A stretch of DNA of 64,000 nt. It comes from an uncultured Microbulbifer sp. GTDB lineage: Bacteria; Pseudomonadota; Gammaproteobacteria; Pseudomonadales; Cellvibrionaceae. The notes under the pieces were generated by a model. The model did not search any database. It had not been told where the DNA came from and saw only the letters and a program-made list of their open reading frames with translations. Positions 49,035 through 59,383 of this stretch are shown one piece after another. Position 1 is the first letter of the stretch, and the number at the start of each line of letters is the position of its first letter. The stretch spans positions 2,256 to 66,255 of the forward strand of contig NZ_CAJXKH010000007.1 in assembly GCF_913055755.1 (NCBI RefSeq). The letters run 5' to 3'. A program made the position numbers and the translations under genes.

Positions 49035-49991
49035 ATGCTTGATTCCAGTAGCGCCCAGGCGGGCCAGCCCAGCGACCAGATTCCACAGCTGGCAGCGACC
49101 CTCAAGGCCGCTGGCGATCCGCTGCGCCTGGAGATACTGCGCCTGCTGAGCCAGGACTCCTACAGCGTGCTGGAGCTGTGTCGCATCTTCGACCTGCGCC
49201 AGCCGGCGCTGTCCCACCACCTGAAGGTACTCGCCCAGGCGGGGCTGGTGAGCAAGCGCCGCGAGGGCAACAACCTGTTCTACCGCCGCACCGCCGCCAG
49301 CGAACTGCTGCAGCAGCTGTTTGCGGGCCTGGACCTGCTGCCCCTGACCGAGGCCCGCGCGCAGACCGTGGCCCAGATTGCCGCCGAACGCGCGGAGGCG
49401 TCGCGGCGCTTCTTTGCCGATTACGGCAATCGTTTTCGCGAACAGCAGGAGTTGATCGCCAGTTATAGCGTCTACGGCCCCCAGGTAGCACAGCTGCTGA
49501 AACCGGGACGTCACGCAATGGAAGTGGGCCCCGGCGAGGGCGAGTTCCTGCAAGAGCTGGCGAGCCGCTTCGGCACGGTGACGGCGCTGGACCTCTCCAA
49601 CACCATGCTCGAGCGGGCGCAGGAGTTTGCCGACGAAAAGGGACTGCAGAATATCGAGTTTGTGTGCGACGACACCCGCGCCGCGGCGTCCCGCCCGGAG
49701 AGCGCGGACTGCATAGTTGTGAATATGGTGCTACACCATACGCCGGAGCCGGCGCAGATATTTCACGATTTACAGAAAGCCCTGAAGACCGGCGGGCAGT
49801 TGTTGATTACGGATCTGCACGATCACAAGCAGGACTGGGCGCGTGAAGCCTGCGGCGACCTGTGGCTGGGGTTTGCACCACAGCAGCTGGTTGAATGGGC
49901 TGCAGAAGTTGGCCTGCACAAAGGCCGCAGTGTGCACAGTGCACTGCGCAACGGGTTTCAGATTCAAATTCAGGAATTTGTTAAGCCCTGA
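49035..49991 (+). CDS. sahR: ArsR HTH plus SAM-dependent methyltransferase-fold regulator (SahR)
   Basis: LKAAGDPLRL, QPALSHHLKVL, RREG; EVGPGEG, NMVLHH; precedes metK-ahcY-metF. Confidence 0.85.
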   Translation: MLDSSSAQAGQPSDQIPQLAATLKAAGDPLRLEILRLLSQDSYSVLELCRIFDLRQPALSHHLKVLAQAGLVSKRREGNNLFYRRTAASELLQQLFAGLDLLPLTEARAQTVAQIAAERAEASRRFFADYGNRFREQQELIASYSVYGPQVAQLLKPGRHAMEVGPGEGEFLQELASRFGTVTALDLSNTMLERAQEFADEKGLQNIEFVCDDTRAAASRPESADCIVVNMVLHHTPEPAQIFHDLQKALKTGGQLLITDLHDHKQDWAREACGDLWLGFAPQQLVEWAAEVGLHKGRSVHSALRNGFQIQIQEFVKP

Positions 49992-50091
49992 TTACCTGGT
50001 TCCCTTATCAGGTGGGTTTAACACTTTGTAAGTTTCGCATTCCGCCAGCAGCGGAAAAAAGGAGCGCCACGGCGCAAATGGAGAAATCACA

Positions 50092-51312
<1,221 letters not shown>

Positions 51313-51383
51313 TTTGAACACGCGGGCCACAAGCCCGCGTTAAATCGCTCAGTACAACAACAGCGAAAAATTCAGGATTTTTA

Positions 51384-52769
51384 ATGAACCAGATGAACAC
51401 CGAATTCAAAGATTTTAAAGTTGCCGACATCAACCTGGCCGACTGGGGCCGCCGGGAAATTGAAATCGCCGAAGGCGAAATGCCCGCGCTGATTACCCTG
51501 CGGGAAAAATACCGCGCCGAGCAGCCGCTGGCAGGCGCCCGCATCATGGGCTGTATCCACATGACCATCCAGACCGCGGTGCTGATCGAGACCCTGGTGG
51601 CGCTGGGCGCGGAAGTGCGCTGGTCTTCGTGCAATATCTTCTCCACCCAGGACCACGCCGCTGCCGCCATCGCCGCCCGCGGCATTCCGGTGTTTGCCTG
51701 GAAAGGCGAAACCGAGGAAGAGTACGAGTGGTGTCTGGAACGCACCGTGGGCGCGGATGTTGCCGGCTGGCAGCCGAACATGATCCTGGACGACGGCGGC
51801 GACCTCACCGAGCTGCTGCACCGCAAATATTCCGAACTGCTCGACAAGTGCCACGGCATCAGTGAAGAAACCACTACCGGTGTGCACCGCCTGCAGGACA
51901 TGCTGAAGGCGGGCACCCTGAAAGTACCCGCGATCAACGTCAACGACGCGGTCACCAAGAGCAAGAACGACAACAAGTACGGCTGTCGCCACAGCCTCAA
52001 CGACGCCATCAAGCGCGGTACCGACCACCTGCTGTCCGGCAAGAAAGCGCTGGTAATCGGCTACGGCGATGTGGGCAAGGGCTCCGCTGCCTCCCTGCGC
52101 CAGGAAGGCATGATCGTAAAGGTCTCCGAAGTGGATCCCATCTGCGCGATGCAGGCGTGCATGGACGGCTTCGAACTGGTTTCCCCGTACGTAAACGGCG
52201 TCAACAACGGCGAAGCGTCCTGTATCAACAGCGACCTGCTGGCCCATACCGACCTGCTGGTAACCACCACCGGCAACGTCAATGTGTGCGATGCCAATAT
52301 GCTGAAGGCGCTGAAGAGCGGCGCGGTGGTGTGCAATATCGGCCACTTCGACAACGAGATCGACACCGCTTTCATGCGCAAGAACTGGGAGTGGCAGGAA
52401 GTAAAACCGCAGGTGCACAAGATTGTGCGCAACGCGGAAAACAACGATCACCTGCTGCTGCTTTCCGAGGGCCGCCTGGTGAACCTGGGCAACGCCACCG
52501 GCCACCCCAGCCGCATCATGGACGGTTCCTTTGCCAACCAGGTGCTGGCACAGATCCACCTGTTCCAGGAAAAGTTCGGCGACCTGCCGGCGGATCACAA
52601 AATCCCGGCTCTGTACGTGAAGGTACTGCCGAAACATCTGGATGAGGAAGTGGCCAAGTACATGGTGCAGGGCTTCGGCGGCGTGATTACCCGCATGACC
52701 GAAGACCAGGCCAAGTACATCGGCGTTTCCGTAGACGGCCCCTACAAGCCGGAAAGTTACAAGTATTAA
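51384..52769 (+). CDS. ahcY: S-adenosylhomocysteine hydrolase
   Basis: [45 protein letters not shown]. Confidence 0.98.
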   Translation: MNQMNTEFKDFKVADINLADWGRREIEIAEGEMPALITLREKYRAEQPLAGARIMGCIHMTIQTAVLIETLVALGAEVRWSSCNIFSTQDHAAAAIAARGIPVFAWKGETEEEYEWCLERTVGADVAGWQPNMILDDGGDLTELLHRKYSELLDKCHGISEETTTGVHRLQDMLKAGTLKVPAINVNDAVTKSKNDNKYGCRHSLNDAIKRGTDHLLSGKKALVIGYGDVGKGSAASLRQEGMIVKVSEVDPICAMQACMDGFELVSPYVNGVNNGEASCINSDLLAHTDLLVTTTGNVNVCDANMLKALKSGAVVCNIGHFDNEIDTAFMRKNWEWQEVKPQVHKIVRNAENNDHLLLLSEGRLVNLGNATGHPSRIMDGSFANQVLAQIHLFQEKFGDLPADHKIPALYVKVLPKHLDEEVAKYMVQGFGGVITRMTEDQAKYIGVSVDGPYKPESYKY

Positions 52770-52781
52770 TTGACCTCCGTA

Positions 52782-52856
52782 CTGGATCCCGGGTCGAGCC
52801 CGGGATGACGCTCGCGCAAACGCGTGGACCTCATTCCGGCGCAGACCGGAATCCAG
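52782..52856. repeat. Inverted REP doublet (CGTC-type, REPIN-like)
   Basis: CTGGATCCCGGG-TCGAG-CCCGGGATGACG and CCTCATTCCGG-CGCAGA-CCGGAATCCAG in opposite orientation. Confidence 0.75.
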
Positions 52857-52878
52857 CCCGAGGGAATGGAACAAGACC

Positions 52879-53721
52879 ATGAGTGAATTACGCATCAGCT
52901 TCGAATTTTTCCCGCCCAAGACCGAAGAGGGCCGGGAAAAGCTGTATCAGACCCGCGAACAACTGCAGGCATTCAACCCCGAGTTTTTCTCCGTCACCTA
53001 CGGTGCCGGCGGCACCACCCGCGACACCACCGCCAATATCGTGACCGGGCTGCGCAAGGACGGCATCTCCATTGCTCCGCACCTGTCGTTCGGCGGTGAC
53101 AATGAGGAAACCGTGCTCGGCCTGCTCGAGCGCTACAGGGAAGCCGGCGTGGATCGCATCGTTGCGCTGCGCGGCGATATGCCCTCCGGCATGGGGTCCG
53201 TGGCGCAGCTGGTTTACGCCAACGAACTGGTCGCGTTCATTCGCCGCCACACCGGTGACCAGTTCCATCTGGAAGTCGCCGCCTATCCGGAGATCCACCC
53301 GGAAGCGGAGAGCTACGACGACGATATCCGCTTCCTGAAAGGCAAGTTCGAGGCCGGTGCCAACAGTGCGCTGACCCAGTACTTCTACAACCCGGATGCT
53401 TACTTTTACTTCCTGGACCAGTGTGAGAAGGCAGGCATCGATGCGCCCATTTACCCGGGCATCATGCCGATCACCAATTTCACCAACCTGGCGCGCTTCT
53501 CCCGCAACTGCGGCGCAGAAATTCCCCGCTGGCTGAAATACCGCATGGAAAGCTATCGCAATCCGGAAGACGTGAAGAAGTTAGGACTGGAGATTGTCAC
53601 CGACCTGTGTGAAACCCTGCTGGAAGGCGGCGCACCGGGCCTGCATTTCTACACCATGAACCAGGTATCCCCGAGCGCCGATATCCTGCGCGCCCTGGGC
53701 TACAAGGAAGGCGAGGAATAA
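52879..53721 (+). CDS. metF: 5,10-methylenetetrahydrofolate reductase
   Basis: SFEFFPPK, SVTYGAGG, ALRGD, AAYPE.HP, TQYF, GIMP, LHFYTMN. Confidence 0.97.
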   Translation: MSELRISFEFFPPKTEEGREKLYQTREQLQAFNPEFFSVTYGAGGTTRDTTANIVTGLRKDGISIAPHLSFGGDNEETVLGLLERYREAGVDRIVALRGDMPSGMGSVAQLVYANELVAFIRRHTGDQFHLEVAAYPEIHPEAESYDDDIRFLKGKFEAGANSALTQYFYNPDAYFYFLDQCEKAGIDAPIYPGIMPITNFTNLARFSRNCGAEIPRWLKYRMESYRNPEDVKKLGLEIVTDLCETLLEGGAPGLHFYTMNQVSPSADILRALGYKEGEE

Positions 53722-53760
53722 GCCGCCGATTTCCCGTATTTACCATACGGGCTGCGCATT

Positions 53761-53785
53761 AAAGGGGCCAATGGCCCCTTTTTTT
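53761..53785 (+). terminator. Intrinsic terminator after metF
   Basis: AAAGGGGCC-AAT-GGCCCCTTTTTTT. Confidence 0.8.
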
Positions 53786-53834
53786 GCTATCTAAAGGGGA
53801 AAATAACTTCAAAGCCAGCGACAGGGAGTTGCCT

Positions 53835-55844
53835 ATGGCCGACCGTCCCCTTGTCCCCGCGGAGCGGGTAATCAGCGAAATCACCATCAAGGCGCTGATC
53901 CTGGGGGCACTGCTGTCGGCGGTGCTCTCCGCCGCCAACGCCTATATCGGCCTGCTGGTGGGCCTCACCGTTTCCGCCTCCATTCCCGCCGCTGCCACCT
54001 CCATGGGCATTCTGCGCCTGTTCCGCCGCTCCACCATTCTCGAAAACAACATGGTGCAGACCGCCGCCTCCGCCGGCGAATCCCTGGCGGCGGGAATTAT
54101 TTTCACCTTGCCGGCGCTGGTGATGATGGGGGCCTGGGCCGGTTACCACTGGGGCACCATGGCCCTGATCGGCATTCTTGGCGGGGTGCTTGGGGTGGCC
54201 TTCACCATTCCCCTGCGCCGGGCGCTGATCGTGGAAACGGAACTGGCGTTTCCCGAGGGCATGGCCACCGCCCAGGTACTGAAAACCGGTGGCATCGAGA
54301 CCGACAAGGACCACCCGGAGTACCGTCCCAACGCGGAAGCCAAGCGCGGTTTCCGCGTGCTGCTGGTGGCCGCCGGGCTCGGCGGCCTGATCAAACTGCT
54401 GGAGTCCGGTGTCGGCCTGCTTGCGGGGGGCGTCGCTACCACCAGGCACTGGCTGGGCGGCAACTGGCTATTCACCGGCGACATTACCCTCAGCCCGGCG
54501 CTGCTCGGCGTTGGCTATATCGTCGGCCTCAATGTGGCGGTACTGGTATTTCTCGGCGGTGTTATCGGCACCATCATCGGCGTGCCGCTCAACTGGCTGG
54601 TCAATGGCGACGAGCTGATGGCGCTGGCCGGGGTCACTGGCGATATGGGCAGCTGGTCGGCGCAGGACTGGGAGAATCTGGCCGGGGCCTCCTGGCAGCA
54701 GTGCCGGCGTATCGGCGTCGGCGCGATGATGGTGGGGGGAGTCTGGTCACTGATTACCCTGGCGCGCCCGCTGGTCGAAGGGGTCAGGGCCTCGCTGCAC
54801 GCGCACCGCCAGGCCAAGGCCGGCCAGGTGGCCCTGCGCACCGAACAGGACATGCCGATTCCCTATGTGAGCCTGCTGGTGCTGCTGTCGGCGGTGCCGC
54901 TGTACTTTATTTTCCTGTACGCGCTGGACGGCTACCCAGGGCGCTTCTGGATTGCCGGCATCATGTCGCTGCTGATGCTGGTGCTGGGTTTCGTGTTCGC
55001 TTCGGTGGCCGGGTATATGGCCGGTCTGGTGGGCTCCAGTAACAACCCCATCAGCGGTGTCACCATTGCCACCGTGATCGTCTCCGCGCTGATCCTGTTG
55101 CAGCTGATGGGCAACGAGGGCATCGCCGGTAAGCTCGGTCCCATCGCGGTGATGTATCTCGCGGGGATGATCTGTTCCGCCGCCGCCATTGCCGGCGACA
55201 ACATGCAGGACCTGAAGTGTGGCCACCTGCTCGGCGCCACCCCCTGGCGGCAGCAGGTTTTCCAGATTATCGGTGTCTGCGCCGCTGCCGGTGCCATCCC
55301 GCTGGTGCTGTCGGTGCTGGACCAGGGTTACGGCATCGGCCGGGTCAGCCCGGTCAATCCCGAGGCAACGCCCCTGTCGGCACCGCAGGCGAGTCTGATG
55401 CGGGACCTGTCCACGGGTATTTTCGGCGCGGGCATCGAGTGGAACTTTATCTTTATCGGCTTTGGTCTCGCGGTCTTGCTGATCGTGCTGGACCAGATCC
55501 AGAAGAGCCGCGGCGCGCACTTCCGATTTCCGGTTCTCGCCGTTGCCGTGGGCGTCTACCTGCCACTCGGTCTCTCCATTCCGATATTCCTCGGCGGCCT
55601 GCTGGCACACTGGCAGCAGCGGCGCCGCGCTGGCCGCACCGGGCAGGGAGAAGAAGCCGGAGGGGATGGCCTGCTGCTGGCATCAGGCCTGATCACCGGC
55701 GAGGCACTGATGGGCGTTATCGTCGCCATTCTTGCGGTCACTGCACCGGGCAAGGTGCCCTATCTCGGCGACGTTGCGCTGGCCCCCTGGCTGGGCCTTG
55801 CGGGGCTCGCGCTGTGTTTCCTGTACCTGGCGAAAAAGGGCTGA
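53835..55844 (+). CDS. OPT family oligopeptide transporter
   Basis: GLTVSASIPA, ENNMVQTAASAGE, FPEG.A, GLVGSSNNPISG, MQDLK.G, ASGLITGE. Confidence 0.95.
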   Translation: MADRPLVPAERVISEITIKALILGALLSAVLSAANAYIGLLVGLTVSASIPAAATSMGILRLFRRSTILENNMVQTAASAGESLAAGIIFTLPALVMMGAWAGYHWGTMALIGILGGVLGVAFTIPLRRALIVETELAFPEGMATAQVLKTGGIETDKDHPEYRPNAEAKRGFRVLLVAAGLGGLIKLLESGVGLLAGGVATTRHWLGGNWLFTGDITLSPALLGVGYIVGLNVAVLVFLGGVIGTIIGVPLNWLVNGDELMALAGVTGDMGSWSAQDWENLAGASWQQCRRIGVGAMMVGGVWSLITLARPLVEGVRASLHAHRQAKAGQVALRTEQDMPIPYVSLLVLLSAVPLYFIFLYALDGYPGRFWIAGIMSLLMLVLGFVFASVAGYMAGLVGSSNNPISGVTIATVIVSALILLQLMGNEGIAGKLGPIAVMYLAGMICSAAAIAGDNMQDLKCGHLLGATPWRQQVFQIIGVCAAAGAIPLVLSVLDQGYGIGRVSPVNPEATPLSAPQASLMRDLSTGIFGAGIEWNFIFIGFGLAVLLIVLDQIQKSRGAHFRFPVLAVAVGVYLPLGLSIPIFLGGLLAHWQQRRRAGRTGQGEEAGGDGLLLASGLITGEALMGVIVAILAVTAPGKVPYLGDVALAPWLGLAGLALCFLYLAKKG

Positions 55845-55870
55845 GGTCGTTATTCCGTGGCAAGCAGAGA

Positions 55871-56461
55871 TTATCGTTCGCGCTGCAGCCGCACATTTAC
55901 CGGCTTGCCGTCGTAATTCACAATCCGCACCACCAGGCGCCGGTTCTGCTCCCGTCCCTGCTCGGTACTGTTGTCGGCAACCGGATCTGAATCCCCGAAA
56001 CCCACCGCGGTGATCCGCTCCTCGGCGATGCCCCGCTCCTGCAGGAACTGTTTTACCCAGTTGGCGCGCCACTGGGACAGCTTGCGATTTTTCTTGGAAT
56101 CCCCGGCGTTGTCGGTGTGCCCCTCGATGGCAATTTCCAGCGAGGGGAAGTCCCGCATGATCACCAGCAGCGCTTCCACGTCCCCAAGGGTGTTCATCAC
56201 CGGAGCAAAGCCACCGGGTTCAAAGTCCACTTTCAGAACGAATTCACCCTCGCCCGCCCGCGGTTTGCCCATCAGGTAGCGCACCATATCGTCGCCAAAA
56301 GGTGCCGCTTCACGCGCGGATTTTTCACCCGCACCATTGGCGACCAGTTCCCGCGGGGCCAGGGTGTACTTCTTCATCGGGTCCGGGCAACCCGTCAGCA
56401 ATAGCGCGGCCAGGGGCAGCAACAGGCAGACCGGAATCGGCTTTCGCCGCAGTGTAAACAT
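55871..56461 (-). CDS. OmpA-family peptidoglycan-binding lipoprotein
   Basis: Lipobox LTGC; IEGHTD..G....N..LS..RA, GFGDSDPVADN, NRR. Confidence 0.9.
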   Translation of the reverse strand: MFTLRRKPIPVCLLLPLAALLLTGCPDPMKKYTLAPRELVANGAGEKSAREAAPFGDDMVRYLMGKPRAGEGEFVLKVDFEPGGFAPVMNTLGDVEALLVIMRDFPSLEIAIEGHTDNAGDSKKNRKLSQWRANWVKQFLQERGIAEERITAVGFGDSDPVADNSTEQGREQNRRLVVRIVNYDGKPVNVRLQRER

Positions 56462-56636
56462 GTGGATGGAGGCCTCCGTCACAGCAGTCGTCGGAATGGC
56501 GTCAGCTTCATTGTAGACCACCGCTGGCAACGGGCTTTGCGGGGGCGGCTTATTCCGAGTTTTTATCCCGGTTTTGTCGCTGCCCCCGGCACCTTAGGAT
56601 TGTGCTAATAGCACACCGCAATGCGTGGAGAAGATC

Positions 56637-57374
56637 GTGGCCAGAAAATCCCTACTCAGCCTCGGCCTGGCGGCGCTGGTGACCGCGGGTTCAGCCCTCG
56701 CCCAGCAGATAGTGACCGTCGATCCCGGTGATGCCTGGCTCAACGCCAGCGAGGGCTACCGGGAGCAGATCACCTGGCGTGTGGCCAGCCGCGGCGGTGC
56801 CGCCTCGCCCCGGGGCGTATTCGTCAATCTGGACAACAACAAGGAACTGGCTGTGGTGGACCGGATTCTCGAGTTCAGTGGTGACCGCGGCGAAGTTTCG
56901 GAAGTGGTGCAAATCTCCGCTGAACAGGCGCGCAAGTGGCATCGCCAGGGAGTGCGCAGGGTGGGTTATCGCCGGGTATTCGCCGGTGCTGCGGGTAGCC
57001 TCTCCAACCATATCCTGTTCGACCTGGACGCCAGTGGCCGCCTGGCCCAGGTACAGGCGAGTCCGCCGCAGCAGACCGTGAGCGGCAAATCCCGCCAACT
57101 GATGACGGTGTGGAGCCTGGATGGAGACCTGGGCAGTATCACCGCCTATTCCGAGAGCGGCCAGTTTGTGGTGGGAGACCAGGTAGTATACGAAGTGGTG
57201 AAGCCGCTGGAAGCCAGTGCGGGCGAGACCCTGCGGGAAACCGTCACCCTGCCGCCGGGGCTGGTGGATGAGCTGATTGCCAACGGCATTTACACGGTGC
57301 GCTACACCCGCACCTTTGTGGACGACAAGGACACCCGGCGCAGCGCCTCGGTGGAGATCAACCTGACCCGGTGA
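56637..57374 (+). CDS. Hypothetical secreted protein with two internal repeats
   Basis: Signal peptide; GGAG RBS before GTG; two similar ~110-aa halves. Confidence 0.7.
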   Translation: MARKSLLSLGLAALVTAGSALAQQIVTVDPGDAWLNASEGYREQITWRVASRGGAASPRGVFVNLDNNKELAVVDRILEFSGDRGEVSEVVQISAEQARKWHRQGVRRVGYRRVFAGAAGSLSNHILFDLDASGRLAQVQASPPQQTVSGKSRQLMTVWSLDGDLGSITAYSESGQFVVGDQVVYEVVKPLEASAGETLRETVTLPPGLVDELIANGIYTVRYTRTFVDDKDTRRSASVEINLTR

Positions 57375-57404
57375 TTGCGCTGCGGTTGATAAAACCTCCG
57401 GCTA

Positions 57405-58052
57405 TCAAAAATAATCCAGCAGCAACTGCATGTCATTGATCACCCGCGCCCCTTCGGCTTCCAGCTGGCGCGCGCGGTTGCTGTTGTGACTGTAACCAAT
57501 CACCGGCATGCCGGCGGCGACCGCAGCCTTCACCCCGGCGATGGAATCCTCCACCACCAGGCAGTGCGCCGGATCCACCTCAAAGTGCCGCGCGCTGTGC
57601 AGGAACAGGTCCGGCCACGGCTTGCCGCGACCCACATCTTCGGCACTGAAAATGCGCCCGTCGAAATAATCCCACAGGCCGGTCTTGTTCAGGGTGACCT
57701 GCATTTTCGCGTGGGGGCCGGATGACGCGACACAGGTCTGCAGGTCCGTGGTCGACAGTTTTTCCAGTACTTCGCGGATGCCGGTTACCGGCTCCAGCTC
57801 GCTGTGAAAGGCCTCGCGAATGCGACGCTCGGTATTGTGAAAATAGGCTTCCGGCAGCGGCCCGCCATAGCGCTTTTCGATATCGACAATGCAATCCTGC
57901 GACGGCCGGCCGCTGAACTGTTCGTCCAGCTCCTCCACGGTGGCGGGCATCCCCAGCTTTGTCATTTCCTCCGCCAGCACACGGCAGACAATGGATTCGC
58001 TGTCCACCAGCACGCCATCGCAATCGAAGATTACTAACCTGGTACTTTCCAT
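57405..58052 (-). CDS. HAD-superfamily hydrolase (subfamily IA)
   Basis: FDCDGVLVDSE, VASS, GKPWPD, VVEDS..G. Confidence 0.93.
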   Translation of the reverse strand: MESTRLVIFDCDGVLVDSESIVCRVLAEEMTKLGMPATVEELDEQFSGRPSQDCIVDIEKRYGGPLPEAYFHNTERRIREAFHSELEPVTGIREVLEKLSTTDLQTCVASSGPHAKMQVTLNKTGLWDYFDGRIFSAEDVGRGKPWPDLFLHSARHFEVDPAHCLVVEDSIAGVKAAVAAGMPVIGYSHNSNRARQLEAEGARVINDMQLLLDYF

Positions 58053-58070
58053 CAAACTTCCAACTGTTTA

Positions 58071-58433
58071 TCAGGTGGCAGAGATCAGCAAAATGCCGAC
58101 CAGAACCCCGACGGCACCGGCGACCCGCACCAGGTTTTCATTGCCGTGCACCAGACCGAGCACGAATTCCCTGGTCCGCTCATAGCCGGTCTGCAACGCG
58201 TAGGCGCCGATCACAACCAGGAAAATCCCCAGCACATTGAACAGGGTGCCCCAGCTGCGGGTATCGGAGATCACCAGAAACACGATGCCGATCACCACCC
58301 GCGCCCAGGCGCCGAAGTAGAACATCTGCGGATTCATTCGCTCCCCCATATCCCGGGCAATCTGCGGCTTGAGAATAATCAGAATCGACATGGCGGTGAT
58401 GGCGACACCGATCAGCCAGACTAGCGCTTTCAT
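58071..58433 (-). CDS. Hypothetical membrane protein (about 4 TM)
   Basis: Hydrophobic profile; AAGGAG RBS. Confidence 0.75.
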   Translation of the reverse strand: MKALVWLIGVAITAMSILIILKPQIARDMGERMNPQMFYFGAWARVVIGIVFLVISDTRSWGTLFNVLGIFLVVIGAYALQTGYERTREFVLGLVHGNENLVRVAGAVGVLVGILLISAT

Positions 58434-58460
58434 TATTTGCTCCTTGCAAAGTGAAACGAA

Positions 58461-59198
58461 CTAAAAATCGCCCCATTGGAACTGTAATACCGACAGAGCA
58501 GCTACCGGTGCGGTCTCGGTGCGCAGCACTCGCGGCCCCAATCGCATCGGGTAAAATCCACGCTTCAGCGCCAGCTCGATCTCCTCAGCCGACAGCCCGC
58601 CCTCCGGCCCCACCAGTAATTGCACAGACTGCGGGCGACCGAATTGCTGCTCGAGCCCCGCCAGGGTTTCCTCGGTGCGGTGATGCAGCACCAGGTTCAG
58701 GGAGTCCTCGCCCGCAGCATCCAGGAACTGCGGCAACTTCATCGGCGACAGTATCTGCGGCACCCGGTTGCGGGCACACTGCTCGCAGGCACTGATCGCA
58801 ATCTGCTGCCACTGCCCCAGTTTTTTCTGCAGGCGGTCGCCGGACAGCTTCACCTCGCAGCGCTCGCTAAACAGCGGCCGGATATCCCGCACCCCCAGCT
58901 CGGTCGCCTTCTGGATCACCCAGTCAAAGCGGTCACCGCGGGAAATACCAATGGCCAGGGTAATCGCCAGCGGCGACTGCCGGTCCCCTTCAGAATAGTC
59001 GCCGACTTTTACCCGCGCCTTCTTGCCCGCCTCCAGCAGTTCCGCCGCATATTCCCCACCCTCGCCGTCAAACAGCACCAGCGGCCGACCTGGCCCCAGA
59101 CGCAGGACTTTTACCAGATGGCGGGACGCGGCTTCATCCAGCTGGACTTCGGTTTTATCGGCCAGCGGCTCGGCGGAAAAAATACGGGGGATACGCAA
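58461..59198 (-). CDS. rsmE: 16S rRNA m3U1498 methyltransferase
   Basis: HLVKVLRL, QKATELGV, ACEQC.R, VGPEGGLS, LGPRVLRTETA; TTG start inferred. Confidence 0.95.
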   Translation of the reverse strand: MRIPRIFSAEPLADKTEVQLDEAASRHLVKVLRLGPGRPLVLFDGEGGEYAAELLEAGKKARVKVGDYSEGDRQSPLAITLAIGISRGDRFDWVIQKATELGVRDIRPLFSERCEVKLSGDRLQKKLGQWQQIAISACEQCARNRVPQILSPMKLPQFLDAAGEDSLNLVLHHRTEETLAGLEQQFGRPQSVQLLVGPEGGLSAEEIELALKRGFYPMRLGPRVLRTETAPVAALSVLQFQWGDF

Positions 59199-59290
59199 CA
59201 GTAGATCCTGAAAAGCGAAACAGAATTGCGTGAAGGGTAATACAGGTAGGAAGGAAGTTGTAGGTAGTGTCCAGTGAACCTGGAGGCTAA

Positions 59291-59373
59291 GGCCATTCGG
59301 TGGCCCTGTGCGGAACGATTGCCGATGAGGCTGTGGAGCACAGGGCCACCGAATGGCCGCCACTGTGCTCCAC
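59291..59373. repeat. Overlapping inverted repeats between the RND gene and rsmE
   Basis: 21-bp IR GGCCATTCGGTGGCCCTGTGC (59291-59311 / 59338-59358) and 11-bp IR GTGGAGCACAG (59333-59343 / 59363-59373). Confidence 0.75.
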
Positions 59374-59383
59374 TATTTCTCAA

